A stretch of DNA of 6,099 nucleotides, taken from the IMG/VR virus record IMGVR_UViG_3300002170_000109, positions 1 through 6,099 of that record; one strand, 5' to 3'. The translations under genes were made by a program, and so were the position numbers. Of this stretch, positions 1 to 5,399 are shown piece after piece. The notes beneath the pieces are model-generated. The model ran no database searches and had not been told where the DNA came from. It worked only from the letters and a program-made list of their open reading frames with translations. The DNA is from a virus. Every line of letters starts with the position of its first letter. The stretch's first letter is position 1.

Positions 1-93
1 ATATAACAGCTAGTTTAGCAGCTTCTTTTATCTTTTCAATGATTAAAAAATATATCAAAAAATAAGATTAAAACCTCTTTTTCAATATATTAT
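1..93. repeat. Terminal redundancy, copy 1 (identical to 6007-6099); circularisation overlap
   Basis: Base-by-base comparison shows position n equals position n+6006 across all 93 nt. The copy contains the 3' end of the 31-aa ORF (stop TAA at 63-65) and the left arm of the 64-126 hairpin. Confidence 0.97.
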
Positions 94-126
94 TACGAAT
101 AAATATATTGAAGAGGTTTTAATCTT
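64..126 (+). terminator. Long imperfect hairpin (~29 bp stem, loop ACG) followed by a T-rich tract. It may be an intrinsic terminator after the 31-aa ORF and/or an ssDNA structural element.
   Basis: AAGATTAAAACCTCTT (64-79) is the exact reverse complement of AAGAGGTTTTAATCTT (111-126). The inner segment CAATATAT (83-90) pairs with ATATATTG (103-110), with a further 4 bp around loop 95-97. The inner GAGG stem is followed by TTTTAATCTTT. Confidence 0.5.
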
Positions 127-153
127 TAATAAAAAATATAAAGGAGCGTCAAG

Positions 154-441
154 ATGAATACAGATGTAATTATCTTAGGAGCACGTCCGTATGACTTTGA
201 AGATAATCAAACTAAGAAACAGGTGTCTGGTGTTTCTGTCTGGGTTCTACCAAAAGAAACTGATGATTCGAATGTAAACGGATTGCTACCAGTTAAGTAT
301 ACGTTAGATAAGGAGCAGTACAAAGAGATTGCGCAAATCCCATTGCCAGCTCAAGCTGAATTGCTACTTAGCTATAATATCACAAGTAAACGAGTAAAAT
401 TTAAAGCATTTCAAAATATTGAGCCGATTGAGCTGGCCTAA
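154..441 (+). CDS. 95-aa small soluble protein, putative ssDNA-binding protein (gVp-like)
   Basis: Strong SD AAAGGAG lies 7-8 nt upstream of ATG 154. The protein has no TM segment. Its size and its position upstream of the coat genes match inovirus gene V. The segment LPVKYTLDKEQ resembles PVLVKITLDEGQ of Ff gVp as I recall that sequence. Confidence 0.5.
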   Translation: MNTDVIILGARPYDFEDNQTKKQVSGVSVWVLPKETDDSNVNGLLPVKYTLDKEQYKEIAQIPLPAQAELLLSYNITSKRVKFKAFQNIEPIELA

Positions 442-521
442 TATCAATCCGTAGTGACGAAGATTTACTTGAAAATCGTCGGAACGAGGATTCCTCTTGA
501 CGTAGTCAAGATAAAAAAAGA

Positions 522-1010
522 ATGAATATGGAAGAAAAAACTAATACAGTAGACTTATCACAAATTCAAGAAAAAATTGATTCTCAAAATAAAATTCTCG
601 AGACCATTCGAGATGAAATTCAAAAAGCTAACGAACGAGAAAATAATGAATTAGCTGATAAAAAGAAACAAAAAGAGGAAGCAGATAAAAAAGAACAAGA
701 GCGGATTAAAAATGGTGAGTTAACAACTGAAGAGCAAATTTTGAAAGAACTTCAATCCATTTCATCATCTACCTCAAATCAAAATGAAACACTAAATCAG
801 TTTGTTGATGATCTTATGAAAAAAGTTGAATCTGGTAATACATCATCATCAGAAGCTAGTGAGCAGTTAAAAACATTGGTCGAAATTAATCAAAATTCAT
901 CTCATTTTTCCGAAACGCAGACCAATTTACTTGCCACGTATGCTATTGTTATCATTCCTGTTTTTGTAGTGTTAGTTTTAATCTATAGGTTTTTCCGACA
1001 GTTTATTTAA
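522..1010 (+). CDS. 162-aa tail-anchored membrane protein with a charged coiled-coil N-terminal region; function unknown (candidate minor virion or assembly protein)
   Basis: The open frame starts at ATG 522 (a second ATG is at 528) and the SD is weak. The N-terminal ~130 aa are rich in K/E/Q/S with heptad-like character. A single C-terminal TM segment (LLATYAIVIIPVFVVLVLIY) is followed by the basic tail RFFRQFI. The gene sits immediately upstream of the major coat gene, where Ff carries gVII/gIX. Confidence 0.55.
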   Translation: MNMEEKTNTVDLSQIQEKIDSQNKILETIRDEIQKANERENNELADKKKQKEEADKKEQERIKNGELTTEEQILKELQSISSSTSNQNETLNQFVDDLMKKVESGNTSSSEASEQLKTLVEINQNSSHFSETQTNLLATYAIVIIPVFVVLVLIYRFFRQFI

Positions 1011-1062
1011 TTTTATGGTTGGTAGTGGGTGGGAAAATAAGCTAAAAAGGGGGGAATTGCTA

Positions 1063-1203
1063 ATGATTTCAGCAGAAGCGGTTCAAGGTGTTGTTTCTTC
1101 AATCACAAGCGAAATCTCAACAGCTGCGCCTGCAGGTATGACCATTCTTGGTGGTATTCTTGGCGTTAAAGTTGTTGTTCGTTTGATTAAGAGCTTCATT
1201 TAA
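1063..1203 (+). CDS. 46-aa major coat protein (pVIII-like, Pf3-type with no signal peptide). The ORF track extends to ATG 1015, but 1063 is the better-supported start.
   Basis: SD AAAAAGGGGGG (1045-1054) lies 8 nt before ATG 1063, whereas ATG 1015 has no SD. The product is MISAEAVQGVVSSITSEISTAAPAGMTILGGILGVKVVVRLIKSFI. It has an acidic/polar N-terminus, a Gly/Ala-rich hydrophobic core and a basic C-terminus (K, R, K), which is the canonical inovirus coat architecture. A strong terminator follows immediately. Confidence 0.7.
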   Translation: MISAEAVQGVVSSITSEISTAAPAGMTILGGILGVKVVVRLIKSFI

Positions 1204-1209
1204 CTAATT

Positions 1210-1237
1210 AAAGATGCTTCGGCATCTTTATTTTTTT
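1210..1237 (+). terminator. Rho-independent terminator directly after the coat gene
   Basis: Stem AAAGATGC (1210-1217), loop TTCG, stem GCATCTTT (1222-1229), then A plus T7 (1230-1237). The next gene starts 11 nt later at 1248, so its expression would need read-through. Confidence 0.85.
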
Positions 1238-1247
1238 AGGGTGAATT

Positions 1248-2960
1248 ATGAAAAAAATATTTGCGAAGTTAAAAATTATTTTGATGATTTTTTTGGTTTT
1301 ATTTACATTTTTCCATAAACCTAAGCCTGCTAAGGCAGATGCTTTAGTAGCGGGTGGAGGAATGTATTTGATTTCGTTAAATCCTGCCATTTTGCCGATT
1401 GCAGTTATTGGCTTGATTGCTTGTTTGTTAGTTGGTTTTACTATTTCTAATTGGGATGAAGTAACAGCTTTTGGTAATGCAGTAAATCAAGAATTACTGG
1501 CTTTAGGTGGTTCTATTGGTGATTATGTTCACGGTACCAGTGTCAAAATTGATTCAACATTAAAACAGGCTATTTTTAACGCTTATGGAAAAACAGGAAA
1601 AACATTACCTAAATATACAAAAACGGTAGATTATAGCGGTGGAACAGTTGTTCATACAGGATTAATCAATGGAGCTGATATTTATGGTGCTACTGACATA
1701 TTGGATTATCTAAACACAGATTTTAGGTGTTTTGGTAATGTAGTAAACGGTGTTGGTGATAAAAGTAATCTTTATATAAAAAGCGGACAATCAGAAAAGG
1801 TTGGTACTATTTATTATTTGGATTCTATCACTGTTACTGTTACTGTTTTACCTACCAGTGCAGAACTTGCCTTTTTTGATTTAACTGGTTTTTCTTCAAC
1901 AGATTTAAAACGAGATAGTTCAGGAAAAGTGATAGAAGCTAGTTCAACATTATCTGCAAAGACTTTAGAGAGCTTCTTGGGAAGTAGTGTTGAATTACCT
2001 TACTCACTTGGAATGGCTTCAACAGCACCCGTTACAATTACAGATGTTACAATTCCAGAATTAGGGATTGGTAGTAATGTAAGTAGTGTTTCTACTTCCA
2101 CGTTAAAAAGTACAGCAATCAAAAAAGAGAGAGTTAATGAATATATGGATACAGCATTTCCTACAAGTACTTCTGTCAAGTTTAAAGAAGATACCGATGT
2201 GCGAGGAATTACTATATCAGATTTAGCAAATGTTTCAAATGGTAGCATTACTAATGAGCAAGCTAAAGCATTAGACGACATTCAGGCAAATGCTGTTTCT
2301 GAAAATACTGGTTCTTCTTCGTCCGCAGGATCTTCAAGTGGTTTTTGGTCGTTGTTATGGGATTGGCTATTAAAAATTTTAAATGCTATTTTGGGTATTC
2401 CCTCAGCAATTTTAGACGTTATTAAAGTACTATTTGCGACTGTTACAGATTGGCTTGCCAAAATTTGGCAGGGAATTTGTGACTTGAATATTGGTTCTAC
2501 AATCGTTGATTGGTTATCAAAACTTTGGACGGGTATTTGTAGTATTCCTAGTGCTATTGTTGCAGGAGTTACGGGCTTTTGGGAAAAGTTACTTGAGTTT
2601 GTTGAATCAATTGTTAAAGCAATTGACGGCTTTAATCAAGCAATCGCAAATGCAATCACTGGTGCTTTAGAATGGTGTTTTGGACTTGATGAAACTTGGT
2701 TAAGAGGTCGTATCGAGTCACTTAAAAAAACTTTTGATTCAAAATTTCCAGCTTTAAAACCTATTAATTATAAATTTAGTGATAAAGGTAGTTTTGATGA
2801 TTTAACAATGACTGTTCCTTATTGCGGTCAAGTGACTGTGGTTGAATCAGCGATAGTGATGAAGTATGGTTCAGTACTTAAAAATTTCTTGAGAGCATTT
2901 TTCTATTTAATTACAGCACTATTTTTCTTTAAGAGATTTCACAAGGTGGCAGAGGATTAA
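1248..2960 (+). CDS. 570-aa pIII-like minor coat / host-adsorption protein
   Basis: It is the largest ORF and lies right after the major coat gene. The N-terminus looks like a signal peptide (MKKIFAKLKIILMIFLVLFTFF...AKADA), followed by a second hydrophobic segment at aa 38-67. A Ser/Thr-rich central region is followed by a Gly/Ser linker NTGSSSSAGSSSG (nt 2307-2342). Trp-rich ~20-aa repeats span nt 2343-2657. The C-terminal hydrophobic anchor is FLRAFFYLITALFFFKRF. This layout parallels Ff pIII: receptor domains, a G/S linker and a C-terminal membrane or virion anchor. Confidence 0.6.
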   Translation: MKKIFAKLKIILMIFLVLFTFFHKPKPAKADALVAGGGMYLISLNPAILPIAVIGLIACLLVGFTISNWDEVTAFGNAVNQELLALGGSIGDYVHGTSVKIDSTLKQAIFNAYGKTGKTLPKYTKTVDYSGGTVVHTGLINGADIYGATDILDYLNTDFRCFGNVVNGVGDKSNLYIKSGQSEKVGTIYYLDSITVTVTVLPTSAELAFFDLTGFSSTDLKRDSSGKVIEASSTLSAKTLESFLGSSVELPYSLGMASTAPVTITDVTIPELGIGSNVSSVSTSTLKSTAIKKERVNEYMDTAFPTSTSVKFKEDTDVRGITISDLANVSNGSITNEQAKALDDIQANAVSENTGSSSSAGSSSGFWSLLWDWLLKILNAILGIPSAILDVIKVLFATVTDWLAKIWQGICDLNIGSTIVDWLSKLWTGICSIPSAIVAGVTGFWEKLLEFVESIVKAIDGFNQAIANAITGALEWCFGLDETWLRGRIESLKKTFDSKFPALKPINYKFSDKGSFDDLTMTVPYCGQVTVVESAIVMKYGSVLKNFLRAFFYLITALFFFKRFHKVAED

Positions 2961-2962
2961 AG

Positions 2963-3214
2963 ATGATACAAGGTATTTTAAATGTTTTTTTCAATGTCTG
3001 CGAATGGTTTCTTGGACTGTTTCCGACAATCACAATTTTTAGTGATATTTCCGAAAGTGTAGCTGGCATATATAGTTATCTTTATGCCGTTTCAGCTATC
3101 GTCCCTGTTTCAGATTTTTTTATCTGTATTGGTTTGATTAGTGGGTTCTATGTAAGTTTATTTTTAATAAAATTATCAAATTGGATTTTGCATAGAATAC
3201 CGATTTTGAATTAG
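2963..3214 (+). CDS. 83-aa polytopic hydrophobic protein, pVI-like minor coat protein
   Basis: SD AGAGGA lies 6 nt before ATG 2963, which is 2 nt after the stop of the preceding gene, suggesting translational coupling. There are about three hydrophobic segments. The position between the pIII-like and pI-like genes matches gVI. Confidence 0.5.
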   Translation: MIQGILNVFFNVCEWFLGLFPTITIFSDISESVAGIYSYLYAVSAIVPVSDFFICIGLISGFYVSLFLIKLSNWILHRIPILN

Positions 3215-3223
3215 AAAGTGAAT

Positions 3224-3272
3224 AAAAAAAGACGTAAACAGTGCTTGCTGTGCAAGCCTGTTACGGCTTTTT
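3224..3272 (+). terminator. Intrinsic terminator-like hairpin between the pVI-like and ATPase genes
   Basis: An A7 run (3224-3230) precedes the structure. The outer stem CGTAAACAG (3233-3241) pairs with CTGTTACG (3258-3265), with one bulged A. The inner stem GCTTGC (3243-3248) pairs with GCAAGC (3252-3257). The sequence GC plus T5 (3266-3272) follows. Confidence 0.65.
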
Positions 3273-3284
3273 ATGAGGGTTATA

Positions 3285-3992
3285 ATGAAAAAAGGTAAAC
3301 TTGCAAATCGATTTGAAGATTTATCAAATAAACCATTTATTTTAAAATTTATCTATTTTTTTAGTAGTCTGTTTTATGATTTCGCTTATCGCTTTAAAAA
3401 TAAAAATGATTTTAAAGAATTTGGGTTAACTTTATACTGCGGTCGTCAAGGTGCAGGAAAAACAATGGCTATGACAGAATATTTGGAGCGTATGCGAAAA
3501 AAATATCCAAATTGTATTATTTGTACGAATTACGGATATTCCCACGAAAATTTTCCGATGACGGATTGGAAGCAAATTTTCGAGGTTAGAAATGGTGAAA
3601 AGGGTGTGATTTTCGCTATCGATGAAATTCAAAATGAATTTAATTCGTCTGCTTGGAAATCTTTTCCAGAGGGACTTTTGGCAGAAGTTACACAACAGCG
3701 AAAGCAAAAAATTAAAATTGTTGGGACATCTCAAGTATTTACTCGTGTGGTTAAACAATTACGAGAACAGACTTTCGAAGTAGTTGATTGCAAAACGTTA
3801 TTAGGTCGATGGACTTTTGAGAGAGCATTTGACGCAGAAGAATATAATGCTGTTGCTGATAGGCCAGAGGCAAAAATGAAATTACATAGATTATGGCGTA
3901 AAAATTTTGTCCAGTCAAAACGGTTACGTAATTTGTACGATAGTTATGCTAAAATCGAAAAAATGTCTCGTGAAGTTCTAGAAAATAATTGA
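3285..3992 (+). CDS. Zot/pI-like P-loop NTPase (filamentous-phage assembly ATPase). The maximal ORF starts at 3273.
   Basis: Walker A is GRQGAGKT (nt 3441-3464) and Walker B is VIFAIDE (nt 3606-3626). The SD GAGGG lies 5 nt before ATG 3285. An N-terminal hydrophobic stretch PFILKFIYFFSSLFYDFAY precedes the ATPase core. The position after the pVI-like gene matches gI/zot in inoviruses. Confidence 0.7.
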   Translation: MKKGKLANRFEDLSNKPFILKFIYFFSSLFYDFAYRFKNKNDFKEFGLTLYCGRQGAGKTMAMTEYLERMRKKYPNCIICTNYGYSHENFPMTDWKQIFEVRNGEKGVIFAIDEIQNEFNSSAWKSFPEGLLAEVTQQRKQKIKIVGTSQVFTRVVKQLREQTFEVVDCKTLLGRWTFERAFDAEEYNAVADRPEAKMKLHRLWRKNFVQSKRLRNLYDSYAKIEKMSREVLENN

Positions 3993-4017
3993 ATATCGCT
4001 TCCAAAAGTGGTACACT
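3989..4017 (+). promoter_or_regulatory. Candidate sigma-A promoter for the RHH gene, with extended -10
   Basis: The -35 is TTGAAT (3989-3994), followed by a 17-nt spacer ending in TGG, then the -10 TACACT (4012-4017). An inverted repeat AAAAGTG-gta-CACTTTT (4004-4020) overlaps the -10. Confidence 0.4.
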
Positions 4018-4042
4018 TTTCTGTAGATAGAAAGGAGCTTTT

Positions 4043-4225
4043 ATGGTAGTATCTGTAGATTCAAAAAGATTTCAAGTTACACTTCGTAAGAAAACTTTTG
4101 AAAAATTAGAGCAGTGTTCTGATTGGAAATCAATGTCTAAATCACATATTATCGAAGCTGCTTTAATTGACTATCTCGATAAGAACGGGTTCTATGATGA
4201 TGAGGAACGTTTGTTAATTTTGTAA
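4043..4225 (+). CDS. 60-aa ribbon-helix-helix (CopG/Arc/MetJ-type) transcriptional regulator
   Basis: SD AAAGGAG lies 5 nt before ATG 4043. The pattern is RHH-like: a beta strand (KRFQVTLRK), helix A (KTFEKLEQ) and helix B (SKSHIIEAALIDYL). The small size is typical of phage or plasmid repressors. Confidence 0.7.
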   Translation: MVVSVDSKRFQVTLRKKTFEKLEQCSDWKSMSKSHIIEAALIDYLDKNGFYDDEERLLIL

Positions 4226-4247
4226 ATAATTTTTAGGCAAAAAAATA

Positions 4248-4282
4248 AGCCAGTTGGGGAACTGGCTAGGGTGTTGTTTTTT
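4248..4282 (+). terminator. Hairpin with a downstream T-tract after the RHH gene (non-canonical spacing)
   Basis: Stem AGCCAGTT (4248-4255), loop GGGG, stem AACTGGCT (4260-4267). T6 lies at 4277-4282, which is 9 nt after the stem. An A-run (4239-4245) upstream could extend the pairing. Confidence 0.45.
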
Positions 4283-4317
4283 CTTCTTTCAACTAATTAT
4301 AACACACCTGCAAACTT

Positions 4318-5358
4318 TTGCCAATTTTGCTATACAGAAAGTGGTGTGTTTTTTTGGTTGTAGAAAAACGTGAACGTATTAGTTGGAAAAGTAAAAAATT
4401 TGGAAAGATTGTTAATGAGTTCGATTTTTTAACCGCCCTATCTAATAGGCGGTTAGATTCCCAAAGTTTGGGAAAACGGGTGAGTTTACATTGGAGTATT
4501 GACCGAATTACGCTTGTTGGTGAAATTAAATATTTTACTGATTTTGATGTAGATGGTTCTGAAATTATTCGTGGCTTTGATGATGTTTTTGAGAAACTTT
4601 GTCAAAAAGGTCATGCTGAAGAAGTCGGCAATGGTTGGGCTATTAAGGACAAGTATAATGAAAATATAGCCTATGCTGAAATTTTAAAATATGATGAAAA
4701 TAAAGCTCGTATCGATTTCAATCCGAACCGATTAGGAAATTTTTTAGAAGATGACTTGAAAGCATTCTTTAAAAAACTATTGATTAATCCGCATTTCTCA
4801 CGTGCTGACGTAGCTTGTGATTTGATTAATATTCCTGACGAGGCAATTACTCAGTATACAATTGTAGCTCCAGTGAAATCTGTGCTTTATCATGATAAAG
4901 TGGGTAAACTGGAAACTGCTTATTGGGGTAGTCGTTCTAGTGAACGTCAAGTGCGTCTTTATAATAAGTATGTTGAACAAACTCGAAAAGGTCAAATCAT
5001 TCAAAAAGAAATTGAGTCTTGGTGGCGTTTGGAAATGCAATTGCGCCGTGATAAGGCAAGCAATTGGATCAACATTGTTCGGGAAACTTTATCGGAGTTT
5101 AAATCACCACTGTTTTTTCCAACAGACATGAAAGTAACAGATAAAATTATGCTTACAGGTCTTTTAAGTGATGAAAGTCTGTGGGCGGAGTTATCAAAAA
5201 ATAGTCGTACTAAATATAAAAAGTTATTGAATGAGTTAACTCAAGATGATGAATTAACTCTTGCACTTGTTGAATCGTTTTCAGATTGTTACCTAGACTT
5301 AAAAAATGAACTTGATACGTGGTTAATAGGTTTAGATGTAACGTCTAGCGATGTATAA
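4318..5358 (+). CDS. rep: Rolling-circle replication initiator, Rep_trans (pT181 RepC/RepD-like) family. The 5' end is uncertain because there is no in-frame ATG before codon 240.
   Basis: Conserved blocks are typical of the Rep_trans family: HWSIDRITLVG near the N-terminus, RADVACD (nt 4801-4821), YWGSRSSERQVRLYNKY (nt 4921-4971) and WWRLEMQLRRDKA. The maximal ORF begins at TTG 4318. Alternative starts are TTG 4354, TTG 4468 and GTG 4480. None has a convincing SD. Confidence 0.8.
   Translation: MPILLYRKWCVFLVVEKRERISWKSKKFGKIVNEFDFLTALSNRRLDSQSLGKRVSLHWSIDRITLVGEIKYFTDFDVDGSEIIRGFDDVFEKLCQKGHAEEVGNGWAIKDKYNENIAYAEILKYDENKARIDFNPNRLGNFLEDDLKAFFKKLLINPHFSRADVACDLINIPDEAITQYTIVAPVKSVLYHDKVGKLETAYWGSRSSERQVRLYNKYVEQTRKGQIIQKEIESWWRLEMQLRRDKASNWINIVRETLSEFKSPLFFPTDMKVTDKIMLTGLLSDESLWAELSKNSRTKYKKLLNELTQDDELTLALVESFSDCYLDLKNELDTWLIGLDVTSSDV
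4430..4455 (+). promoter_or_regulatory. Putative plus-strand (double-strand) origin nick hairpin, pT181-like
   Basis: The sequence is AACCGCCCTATCTAATAGGCGGTT (4431-4454). Stem AACCGCC pairs with GGCGGTT, TAT pairs with ATA, and the loop is CTA. From memory, the pT181 IR-II nick region is AACCGGCTACTCT/AATAGCCGGTT. That gives 19 of 24 positions identical, including TCTAATAG, and one stem base pair is swapped compensatorily (G-C to C-G). Confidence 0.6.
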
Positions 5359-5399
5359 CAAATGTATATCAAAGTAAAACAATTGTGTAGGTGAGTGTA

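Noticed and set aside
1015-1062. ATG 1015 as the coat-gene start (62-aa form)
   Set aside because: ATG 1015 has no SD, and the extra 16 residues (MVGSGWENKLKRGELL) are neither hydrophobic nor signal-peptide-like. ATG 1063 has a strong G-rich SD at ideal spacing. The longer form is kept only as an alternative.
1208-1390. Minus-strand 60-aa ORF
   Set aside because: It overlaps the coat-gene terminator and the 5' end of the pIII-like gene in antisense. It has no SD and a low-complexity product. It is typical of spurious antisense frames in AT-rich DNA.
1830-1847. ACTGTT x3 microsatellite encoding TVTVTV in the pIII-like gene
   Set aside because: There are only three in-frame copies, too short to argue for phase variation. 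It is probably just a beta-strand-like segment.
2000-2281. Minus-strand 93-aa ORF
   Set aside because: It lies entirely inside the 570-aa + strand gene in antisense, with no ribosome-binding site or recognisable motif. The one-strand organisation of ssDNA phages also argues against it.
3273-3284. ATG 3273 as the ATPase start
   Set aside because: It sits at the end of the terminator T-tract with no SD. The GAGGG within these codons serves as the SD for ATG 3285.
3432-3758. Minus-strand 108-aa ORF
   Set aside because: It is antisense to the ATPase core, where the Walker A and B motifs clearly define the real frame on the + strand.
4798-5040. Minus-strand 80-aa ORF, and the + strand 79-aa ORF at 4892-5131
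   Set aside because: Both lie within rep, whose conserved Rep_trans blocks fix the true frame. Neither has an SD and both have odd composition.
5021-5358. In-frame internal start (ATG 5035, GGTGG 9 nt upstream) giving a gX-like C-terminal Rep fragment
   Set aside because: The analogy to Ff gII/gX is attractive, but the only evidence is a weak SD-like pentamer inside a conserved coding block. It cannot be supported from sequence alone.
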